Shown here piece after piece: positions 1-7,323 of a DNA stretch of 12,461 bases. The DNA lies in NCBI GenBank assembly GCA_038883795.1, contig JAVZLK010000043.1, positions 1-12,461 on the forward strand, in the 5' to 3' direction. The notes under the pieces were generated by a model. The model ran no database searches. It was not told the DNA's origin and worked only from the letters and a program-made list of their open reading frames with translations. The stretch comes from Candidatus Bathyarchaeia archaeon. Its GTDB lineage: Archaea; Thermoproteota; Bathyarchaeia; Bathyarchaeales; Bathycorpusculaceae. Each line of letters begins with the position of its first letter. Position 1 is the first letter of the stretch. A program made the translations under genes and the position numbers.

Positions 1-425
1 CTCTGGGGCATAAGCAACTTTTTGACGTAATTTCTAAAAGCAGTTAAGAAAATGTGGTTTTACAAACTGGCAAAGTAAATCCAGAACCTTATAAACAACG
101 GAATCCCGAATGGAAAATAATCGAGTATTCTACACGGTTTTATGAGCTTGTTGCTGGCGCCGACATAGTGGTTACACATTTTGGTTCCACAATTTTAGAA
201 GCGCTGATATACAAGAAACCTACGGTTGTTGTTCCTAATCCAGAATGGACGAGAACCGCTGGCGTTGAAGATGCAAGGTATTTGGTGGAAAAAGTAAATG
301 CGGTGCTGGTTTCAAAGATCACTTTAAATAATTTGTTAAATGCGATTGAAGAATCAAGGGAAATGCCACGACCAAAATTCCCCGACGGAGCTGAAAACTT
401 AGCCAAACTAATTCTTGGACTTTGA
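1..425 (+). pseudogene. Alg13/GT28 C-terminal-like (Agl24/MurG-type GT-B) glycosyltransferase, 5'-truncated by the window and interrupted by an in-frame TAA at 45-47 (true nonsense allele or sequence error)
   Basis: Frame 3 from base 3 reads LGHKQLFDVISKSS*ENVVLQTGK...ADIVVTHFGSTILEALIYKKPTVVVPNP. The LQTG, THFGSTILEA and KPxVVVPN motifs match the Alg13/GT28-C domain. The listed 54..425 ORF starts at an internal Val just after the stop. Confidence 0.65.
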
Positions 426-436
426 AGGGGAAAAAC

Positions 437-1354
437 ATGAAGGTTTTAGTAACTGGTGGTGCTGGTTTCATCGGAAGCCACTTGGCAGATGCATTGGCAA
501 AGAAAAATGATGTAATAGTGTTTGACAATTTCTCTTCTGGCAAAAAAGAATTTCTCAGCAGCGTAAATTGTAAGCTAATTAGGGGAGACATAAGAAAGCT
601 GGAGAGCATAAATGGAGCTTGTAGAGAAGTTGACGTAGTCTACCATTTCGCTGCTGATCCAGATGTTAGAAGAAGCACTAGCGAACCACTAGAAAACTTC
701 AGCATAGATGCGTTTGGGACTCTTAATGTTCTGGAAGCCTGCAGATTAAATGATGTTAAACATATTGTTTTTGCTTCTTCCTCGGTTGTCTACGGCAACG
801 CAAAGATTCCAACACCGGAAGAAGCGCCTATTGCCCTCATAAGCAATTACGGCGCCGCCAAAGTTGCTTCTGAATTTTACTTGTCAACCTACTCCCACCT
901 TTACGGATTAAAGGCAACTGTGCTGCGATACGCTAACATCATCGGGCCAAGACTGACTCACGGCGTAATATACGATTTTTATCACAAATTAAAGAAAAAT
1001 CCAAAAAGACTGGAAATCCTCGGAGATGGAAACCAAAAGAAATCATATCTCCATGTGAGCGATGCTGTAGACGCAACTTTATTGGCGGCTAGAAAAACTG
1101 AAAAATACAGTGTTTTCAACGTGGGCTCCGAGGAAACTATAACCGTAAAAGAAATCGGTTGCCTAGTCGCTTCACTATTGGGTTTAGAAGGTGTCAAATA
1201 CGAATTTACTGGAGGAAAAATAGGCTGGCCTGGAGACGTACCCTTAATGTTATTGTCGATAGAAAAACTGAAAAGTCTAGGTTGGAAACCAAAATACTCC
1301 ATTGAAAAAAGCATCAAAGACACCATGAATTGGCTAAAAACCTGCTTTCCATAA
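437..1354 (+). CDS. NAD-dependent epimerase/dehydratase (extended SDR, UDP-glucose 4-epimerase-like)
   Basis: Motifs TGGAGFIG, GDIR, HFAA, FASSSVVYG, YGAAK (YxxxK), LRYANIIGP and GWPGDV. ATG at 437 follows purine-rich GAAGGGG (424-430), so it is preferred over TTG 422. Confidence 0.9.
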   Translation: MKVLVTGGAGFIGSHLADALAKKNDVIVFDNFSSGKKEFLSSVNCKLIRGDIRKLESINGACREVDVVYHFAADPDVRRSTSEPLENFSIDAFGTLNVLEACRLNDVKHIVFASSSVVYGNAKIPTPEEAPIALISNYGAAKVASEFYLSTYSHLYGLKATVLRYANIIGPRLTHGVIYDFYHKLKKNPKRLEILGDGNQKKSYLHVSDAVDATLLAARKTEKYSVFNVGSEETITVKEIGCLVASLLGLEGVKYEFTGGKIGWPGDVPLMLLSIEKLKSLGWKPKYSIEKSIKDTMNWLKTCFP

Positions 1355-1492
1355 CCAATTTCGCAAGGTTACAGCGGCTATATTCTGCAGCATAGCTTTT
1401 GTAAGGTTTAACTTATAGACAAGCGTAGGCGAGAAGAAGTTTACTGACATGATGACTTGGAGCCCTTCAAGGCTCTTATCAGTCTTTGGTTT

Positions 1493-1508
1493 CTAAAAAA
1501 ATAATAAA
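1493..1508 (-). terminator. Putative archaeal oligo(T) terminator of the minus-strand operon
   Basis: The minus strand reads TTTATTATTTTTTTAG immediately after the TAA stop at 1509-1511. Confidence 0.5.
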
Positions 1509-2750
1509 TTATCTTTTTCTTTTTAATCCAATGAGCTCGACACAGATTTGAGGTAAAAATGCAGCGAAGACTGTTGAAAAGGGTTCTAATTTCCTTAGTT
1601 GGCTTCCTTTACCCAGAACCATGAACCCTTGGTCTTTTAATTCTTTAATGCTGTATTTAGATAAATAGAGGCAGTATGCTTCGTTTAATGGCGCACCATT
1701 ATTAGGACAACGCACAAGTATAGATCTTCCTATTTCTTCAAGTTTTTTTAACAGTTCCTTACCTTTATCTTTATGAAGATACTCTAAAAGGCTCCAGACA
1801 ACGCATAAGTCAAAGGCTTTAGGTCTAAACGGAAGATGCGTTAGAGAGCATAAAACGTAATCCTTATGTATTCTTATTCTTCTACTAGCATGTATAAAGC
1901 AGATGTCCTCGGAAACTCCTACGCTGTAACAGTCGGTTAGCCGGGGCAAATAATTGATAAGAAAAGGCTGTGTAATTGGTATTGTACCTACATCAAGGAC
2001 ATTATTAAATGACCCAAATGAGAAATTTAATATGACGACACCGATTTTAAGAAGTATTCGCTTTGATACATCTTTTAATGTCTTCATTAAATAAGGTTCT
2101 GCTAGTTTTAGACTCACAGTTCCCGTAGTTTTGTGTATCACATGGAAGGTATCCTTGTGTTTCAGCACCAGCCTAAAATCATCTTCTTCTAATTTCCCGA
2201 TGTTGAAGATAGGCGCAGTGGATGAATTGTGATAGACGGATAAAGGCAATACATAGGTTTTTAATCCAATCAAATTAGCTCTTAAACAATAGTCAGCAAC
2301 GTAAGAGTGAAATTTGAAGCCTTCATCAAATTTCAAATGTTCAAAAACTGATGCAGGGGTAATGAGCAATTGTTCGTCTAAAGACATCACCTCAACTGGA
2401 AGCTTTATGGGCCGCCCCCAAATTCTCCCCCTATCTACAATAAACCCCCTAGGGCGACCCTTATGGTCCATGCCGGACACGCCTGCTGCACCTAAATCTT
2501 TAAATGATTTCAAGAAGACCTCAGCTTTTCCCAACCAATCTTTGCCGACAAGTTTGACATCTTGGTGAACAAACATTAAAAACTCCCCTTTCGCTTTTAG
2601 AGCTGCTTCATTCAAAGCCTTAGTTAAAGGGCGAGAGGTCGGGTTACCTGCCAAAATAAGGTCAAATGCTTTTTCCTGAAGATTAAGGCTTGTGAGCAAG
2701 TTTAGTTTTAACGTCTTTTCATCATTAAATACACATATTATTGAGAACAT
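1509..2750 (-). CDS. Fusion of a GT2-like glycosyltransferase (HQD-type, Glyco_tranf_2_5-like) and a C-terminal class I SAM-methyltransferase-like domain
   Basis: N-terminal SIICVFND, NEAALKAKGEFLMFVHQDV, LDEQLL and FDEGFKFHSYVADYCL. C-terminal VLDVG and LPFRPKAFDL..LLEYL. ATG 2750 is preceded by SD-like GAGGGGTG; alternative start is 2783. Confidence 0.8.
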   Translation of the reverse strand: MFSIICVFNDEKTLKLNLLTSLNLQEKAFDLILAGNPTSRPLTKALNEAALKAKGEFLMFVHQDVKLVGKDWLGKAEVFLKSFKDLGAAGVSGMDHKGRPRGFIVDRGRIWGRPIKLPVEVMSLDEQLLITPASVFEHLKFDEGFKFHSYVADYCLRANLIGLKTYVLPLSVYHNSSTAPIFNIGKLEEDDFRLVLKHKDTFHVIHKTTGTVSLKLAEPYLMKTLKDVSKRILLKIGVVILNFSFGSFNNVLDVGTIPITQPFLINYLPRLTDCYSVGVSEDICFIHASRRIRIHKDYVLCSLTHLPFRPKAFDLCVVWSLLEYLHKDKGKELLKKLEEIGRSILVRCPNNGAPLNEAYCLYLSKYSIKELKDQGFMVLGKGSQLRKLEPFSTVFAAFLPQICVELIGLKRKR

Positions 2751-2808
2751 GCCACCCCTCGCTTCGTACCTGTCTTTTTTCATTTATGACTAAATTCCAC
2801 ATTGTGTG

Positions 2809-3744
2809 CTATTCTATGTTTTCAATTGCAGTTTTATATGTTTGATAGATCACTTTTGCTGCCTCCTTTATCCCTCCCTTTTCCTCATTCGAAAGCTTGT
2901 CATATAACGATGAACCGATAGATCGCCCGAGTTTTATCGGGACCCCGACAAAAACTGGTTCGGGTAATCCCTCAAATTTTGTTGGAGCCGCCACAGAGAG
3001 TATTTCTCCTCTATCCTTTATTATAGCCTCAACAATGTTTTTGAAGGAGGCCGCTGGACCATATTCCGTTCCTCCAATATTATCTATTACAAACTTTGAA
3101 ATTGTTTTCACATAGGACCCAATTTCTTCTTTGTGCAGGATTTTACTATTTGACTTAGCATAAATTTCCGCTTGTACACCGTTTACTTTCGTTGTTGACC
3201 AGAGGACGACTGCAGCTTCACCGTGTTCTCCTCCGACCCACCCTTGCACCTTGGATACTGGCACTTTTAGATCAGACGCCAACTTAGATCGAAATCTCAT
3301 GGATTCAAGGTTCGTTCCAGTACTTATTACAAAATCAGCTTTTGAGTACTTTTTGCACACCATAGCCATTGCATCGACAGGGTTTGTTATAACGATATAT
3401 TTTGCGCCCGGGTTTCTCGGAGAAACTGTTTCTGCAATAGATTTTACTATTTTTGCGTTTTTCACAGTCAAGTCTCTTCTGCTCATTTGAACTCCGGGTA
3501 TTCGGGGCTCTCCCGCAGCTATTAAAATGATGTCTGCTCCCGTAACTTCTTCGTCTTTCTCGCATGCAAATATTTCAACATCCAACCTCAGACTTGCTGC
3601 AACATGCTTGAGTTCCTCTGCAAAGGCAGGGGCAAGTCCGGGTTTTGTATCACATACGGTTATTGCATCGGCAAAACCTGCACACATGAGGGTGTATGCT
3701 GTAGGACGCCCCACTCGTCCAGTCCCTATTTGGGCGATATGCAT
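2809..3744 (-). CDS. Lactate/malate dehydrogenase family protein (LDH-like MDH fold, divergent active site)
   Basis: GTGRVG Rossmann motif, VCD, AAGEPRIPGVQMSRRDL, ITNPVD, GTNLESMRFR, GEHG and TEYGPA. ATG 3744 follows GGGAGG (3755-3750) directly after the rmlD stop. Confidence 0.88.
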   Translation of the reverse strand: MHIAQIGTGRVGRPTAYTLMCAGFADAITVCDTKPGLAPAFAEELKHVAASLRLDVEIFACEKDEEVTGADIILIAAGEPRIPGVQMSRRDLTVKNAKIVKSIAETVSPRNPGAKYIVITNPVDAMAMVCKKYSKADFVISTGTNLESMRFRSKLASDLKVPVSKVQGWVGGEHGEAAVVLWSTTKVNGVQAEIYAKSNSKILHKEEIGSYVKTISKFVIDNIGGTEYGPAASFKNIVEAIIKDRGEILSVAAPTKFEGLPEPVFVGVPIKLGRSIGSSLYDKLSNEEKGGIKEAAKVIYQTYKTAIENIE

Positions 3745-3755
3745 CTTCGCCTCCC

Positions 3756-4634
3756 TCATCGACATTTGCCATCGGCTAAGCTTATGTGACCTTTTTCAGC
3801 TAGATAATCACGGAGGGCTTCTCTCCAACTCCTCATTTTTATGCCATAGTTCTGAAGTTTTACGCTTTTTAGCGCCGAAAAACGTGGTCTTTTAGCTTTC
3901 ATTTGCAACTGGTCAGTTTTGATTGGTGTCAGGTCAGGGGTTAGGCTTGTTATTTTGAATATTTCTTCTGCAAATTGAAACCATGTGCAGAAGCCTTGAT
4001 TTGTTACGTGATATGTTCCGAAAGGAAGCTTTGCGTTTATTATTCTTTTTATCACAAAAGCTGCATCTCGCGTGTACGTGGGACTCATCCACATATCATC
4101 TACAACACTTATTGGCTCCTTCTTCTTAGCTTTGGCTATCATCGTCTCGACAAAATTTCCCCCTTTACCGCTGGCCCCAGCAGCACCGAACAAACTTGCC
4201 ACTCTAATAATGTAGTGCTTTGGATTTTGCCTAGTGTAAAGTTCACCCGCCAGTTTGGAGATTCCATAAGTGTTAATTGGATTTGGCACATCCTCTTCTG
4301 TGTATGGCTCGTTTTTAGAACCATTAAAAACATAATCTGTGCTCATAAAAACTGTTACGGCCCCAACTTCTTTTGACGCCATGGCCACGTTTCTGGCGCC
4401 AATTGCATTTACAGCAAATGTCTTTGTCGGATCATCTTCGCACTGATCAGTTTTATGGAATGCAGCAGTATTTATCACCACATCGGGGCGAATTGTTTTT
4501 AATAACTGACAAGAATTATAGTCTGTTACCTCTATGTCTTGGTGCGTTAAACCCACCGTTTCGTGTTCTTTTGCCAGCGTTTTCATAAGATCCGTGCCAA
4601 GTTGCCCCGTTGAGCCTATGACAACTATTTTCAT
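3756..4634 (-). CDS. rmlD: dTDP-4-dehydrorhamnose reductase family
   Basis: GSTGQLG, PDVVINTAA, STDYVF, PINTYGISKLAGE, SPTY and AKRPRFSAL. ATGA overlap with the upstream SDR. Confidence 0.9.
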   Translation of the reverse strand: MKIVVIGSTGQLGTDLMKTLAKEHETVGLTHQDIEVTDYNSCQLLKTIRPDVVINTAAFHKTDQCEDDPTKTFAVNAIGARNVAMASKEVGAVTVFMSTDYVFNGSKNEPYTEEDVPNPINTYGISKLAGELYTRQNPKHYIIRVASLFGAAGASGKGGNFVETMIAKAKKKEPISVVDDMWMSPTYTRDAAFVIKRIINAKLPFGTYHVTNQGFCTWFQFAEEIFKITSLTPDLTPIKTDQLQMKAKRPRFSALKSVKLQNYGIKMRSWREALRDYLAEKGHISLADGKCR

Positions 4635-5647
4635 AGAATTACTCCTTTAACCTCGATTTCCTTAATGAGTGCGTGCATTTCGAGCAAGTGTTTATACCAT
4701 TTGACCGTTATCGTCTTAGGGTCATCAGCGTTTAATCTTCCATCCTTTAAAGCATCAAAAACTTCTCTTGCCCCATTTTTTGGCGTGTACTGCGGCTTAA
4801 AGTTTAAAGTCTTTTTTATTTTGTCAAAGCTCACTCTATAACTTCTTGCATCAGGCGAGCCATACCACTCGTAATTAAATGGCAAGTTAATGGATTCTGC
4901 AACCAGCTTTGCTAGGTCAAATATTTGCATGTTTTGCTCATTGCTTCCTACATTAAAAATTTGGCCGTTGACAAGTTCATTGTCTGCCTCCAAAACTGTA
5001 AGAAAGGCGTTCGACGTGTCTTTCACATGAATAAATGGACGCCATTGTTTTCCATCTCTCATTATGGGTATTTTTCCGTTCTTGAAAAAGCCAAGAACCA
5101 TTCCGTTTATCGCCAAATCAAACCTCATCCTTGGAGAGAAACCGTAAACTGTCGCTTGTCTTAGAGCGGTTACAGTAAAATTTTTGTTAGCTAATGGCAT
5201 AATTTCTTTTTCTGCAAGAACATTCGCTTTTGCATATGTTGTCAGGGGATTTAAATTGGATTCCTCTGTCAAAATGCCTTCTTGGAAACCGTAAACGCTA
5301 CAGGTACTTGCTAGAACGTATCTTTTAACTCCATGCTTTTTGGAGAGTTTGGCCACCCTCACTCTTCCTTTATAGTTTATTTCAAGCGTCTTTTGAGGGT
5401 CCAGTTCTCCGCTTGGGTCATTTGACAGAGAAGCTAAATCAAAAACCGCGTCTATCCCTTCCAGTATTTCAGGGTTAAACCATCTAACATCACCCTTAAT
5501 CAACGTTATTTTGTCCACTATAGCTTTAATCGGGTCTAATCCGAAAAAGAGTCTATCTAAACATGTTACTTCATAGCCTCTTTCCAAAAGAAGTCTTGTA
5601 AGGATTGAACCAATGTATCCTGCTCCACCAGTTACCAAAACTTTCAA
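4631..5647 (-). CDS. Atypical extended SDR NDP-sugar oxidoreductase/epimerase (not a canonical RmlB)
   Basis: TGGAGYIG, GDVR, LASLSNDP, ASTCSVYG, YAKAN and RQATVYG..RMRFDL. TTG start with GGAGG at 5660-5656. Confidence 0.85.
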   Translation of the reverse strand: MKVLVTGGAGYIGSILTRLLLERGYEVTCLDRLFFGLDPIKAIVDKITLIKGDVRWFNPEILEGIDAVFDLASLSNDPSGELDPQKTLEINYKGRVRVAKLSKKHGVKRYVLASTCSVYGFQEGILTEESNLNPLTTYAKANVLAEKEIMPLANKNFTVTALRQATVYGFSPRMRFDLAINGMVLGFFKNGKIPIMRDGKQWRPFIHVKDTSNAFLTVLEADNELVNGQIFNVGSNEQNMQIFDLAKLVAESINLPFNYEWYGSPDARSYRVSFDKIKKTLNFKPQYTPKNGAREVFDALKDGRLNADDPKTITVKWYKHLLEMHALIKEIEVKGVIL

Positions 5648-5659
5648 GTTATTTTCCTC

Positions 5660-6175
5660 CTATTTATGTGGCGGCTGGAACCAATCCCATGGCTTGCCAA
5701 CTCTTGGATCGTCTTTTTTACCGTTTATTTCCGTCGGTATTATTTTTGGGTCGTTCCATGGTCTTCGGATTTCATCTGGGGTTTTGTAGTCATAGATTCT
5801 CGTGACGAAATACATGGTTAATGAGGGTGTGTTGCTGACTGTTTTGGTTCCATGAAGGTATTTTCCAGGTATGCGAACAATCGAGGGTTTTTTGCCGCTG
5901 GCTACGATTTCAACCATTTTTCCAGTTTCCTCTTCATACGCACAGATTTTCATAGCGCCTTTTAAAACAACGAAATAATCCACTTGACCTCTTTCGTGTT
6001 TATGCCATGCTCTAACAATGTTTGGATAACTATAGCTTATGTTTGCTTGCGCTATCCATTCTTCTTCAAGGAACTCTTTCCAATCTTGTCTTAGGGCTTC
6101 AGCGAAAAAGCCTCTTTCGTCGGGTATTATGTTTATTTCTTGAATTTTCACCCCTTTTAAGGGATATTCCTTCAT
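5660..6175 (-). CDS. rmlC: dTDP-4-dehydrorhamnose 3,5-epimerase family (cupin)
   Basis: DERGFFAE, QANISYS, VRAWH (catalytic His motif), IPGKYLHG and Y..PDE..R.PWNDP. ATGA overlap with the rmlA stop. Confidence 0.88.
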   Translation of the reverse strand: MKEYPLKGVKIQEINIIPDERGFFAEALRQDWKEFLEEEWIAQANISYSYPNIVRAWHKHERGQVDYFVVLKGAMKICAYEEETGKMVEIVASGKKPSIVRIPGKYLHGTKTVSNTPSLTMYFVTRIYDYKTPDEIRRPWNDPKIIPTEINGKKDDPRVGKPWDWFQPPHK

Positions 6176-7230
6176 ATTTCTACCTCTGAGTAGTCACCTA
6201 TGTTTAGTTTCAAAGTTTTGTGTTTCTGGTTTCTAATAATTTTCGCGTTTCGTCCTATCAAGCTTTCTTCTAGTCTCTCAACGTTTTCTATAATGGTATT
6301 TTCCATGATTACGCTATATTCTATCGAGCTTTCCACGATTTGCGCGTTTTTTCCAATGCTTGTGTAGGGGCCTATGAAGGAATTTTGAATTATGCAATTT
6401 TCGCCTATTATTGTCGGCCCTCTTACAGTGCTGTTAATTATCTTCGCGCCGCTCTGAATTGTGACTCTACCTTCAACTTTGCTTTCTTCTATTTCTCCTT
6501 TTATTTCTTGTTTTACGTATTCATCTAGAATTTTAGCATTAGCGAAAAGTATGTCGTCCTTTTTGCCTGTGTCAAGCCACCATGTGTCAAGCCTCTCAGC
6601 TTTAACCTTGCAACCTTGCTTTATCATCTCTTGTATGGCATCCGTTATTTCAAGCTCCCCGCGCCACGAAGGCTTTATGTTTTTTATAGCGTTGAAAATT
6701 TTGTTCGAAAATAGGTAGACACCTACTATGGCAAGGTTACTTGGAGGGATTTTTGGTTTTTCAACCAGTTTAATAACGTTGTTTTTCTCATCCAATACTG
6801 CGATTCCAAACCTTGTTGGATCTTCAACTTCCTTCAGCAGTATTAAGGCATCTAGGTTTTCATTTTCGAAACTTTTAATGAGCGTGTTAAAACCCTTTCC
6901 AATTAAGTTGTCGCCCAAACACATTATGAAATCATCCTTGCCGAGGAAGTTTTGTGCTGTTTTCACAGCGTGAGCCAGTCCCAGCGGTTCTTGAGGTATG
7001 TAGGTAACATTAATGTTCCATAAAGAGCCATCTTTGACATAATTTTTAACGTCTTGGCCTGTCTCTGGAGCTATTATTATGCCAACATCTTTTATGCCTG
7101 TTTTGGCTACGTGATCCAAAACATAGCCTAAAATGGGTTTATTCGCAACTGGAATTAACTGTTTTGCAGTAGTTAGGGTTAATGGTCTAAGTCTTGTTCC
7201 CTTGCCACCGCTTAAAACCAGAGCTTTCAT
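6172..7230 (-). CDS. rmlA: Glucose-1-phosphate thymidylyltransferase, long form with C-terminal left-handed beta-helix
   Basis: LSGGKGTRLRPLT, KQLIPVANKP, GLAHAV, LGDN, VEKP, RGELEITDA and WWLDTG, followed by hexapeptide-like repeats (IIGENCII, SIGKNAQI). Confidence 0.93.
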   Translation of the reverse strand: MKALVLSGGKGTRLRPLTLTTAKQLIPVANKPILGYVLDHVAKTGIKDVGIIIAPETGQDVKNYVKDGSLWNINVTYIPQEPLGLAHAVKTAQNFLGKDDFIMCLGDNLIGKGFNTLIKSFENENLDALILLKEVEDPTRFGIAVLDEKNNVIKLVEKPKIPPSNLAIVGVYLFSNKIFNAIKNIKPSWRGELEITDAIQEMIKQGCKVKAERLDTWWLDTGKKDDILFANAKILDEYVKQEIKGEIEESKVEGRVTIQSGAKIINSTVRGPTIIGENCIIQNSFIGPYTSIGKNAQIVESSIEYSVIMENTIIENVERLEESLIGRNAKIIRNQKHKTLKLNIGDYSEVEI

Positions 7231-7254
7231 AACAAATTTAACGGCAAGCGCGAT

Positions 7255-7270
7255 TATTATAACTTTCTTT
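7255..7270 (-). promoter_or_regulatory. Archaeal BRE + TATA promoter for the rmlA block, probably giving a leaderless or short-leader mRNA
   Basis: The minus strand reads AAAGAAAG-TTATAATA, ending about 25 nt before the ATG at 7230. No SD motif precedes rmlA. Confidence 0.65.
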
Positions 7271-7323
7271 CAACTGCGCCAAGTTTTCAAAGGGAAGAAG
7301 TTGCTCAGCCTGTATACGCAACA

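Noticed and set aside
45-47. Selenocysteine/pyrrolysine recoding or an alternative genetic code
   Set aside because: The codon is TAA, and TAA, TAG and TGA all serve as normal stops for other genes in this window.
1427-1460. Resemblance to a fluoride riboswitch (GGCGA...TGATGACTT)
   Set aside because: No complementary strand exists for the P1 stem, and the site lies between convergent 3' ends with no gene to regulate.
4631-5647. Annotating this SDR as rmlB from its position
   Set aside because: It lacks STDEVYG, the HVDRS-type motif and YxxxK.
6230-6500. Periodic Ile/Gly pattern in the RmlA C-terminus
   Set aside because: It is explained by the known left-handed beta-helix of long-form nucleotidyltransferases.
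7293-7302. GAAGAAGTT-like word recurring in intergenic gaps (about 1433, 7294, and a variant near 10345)
   Set aside because: It is short, low-complexity and inconsistently placed, so it cannot be distinguished from chance without more genome context.
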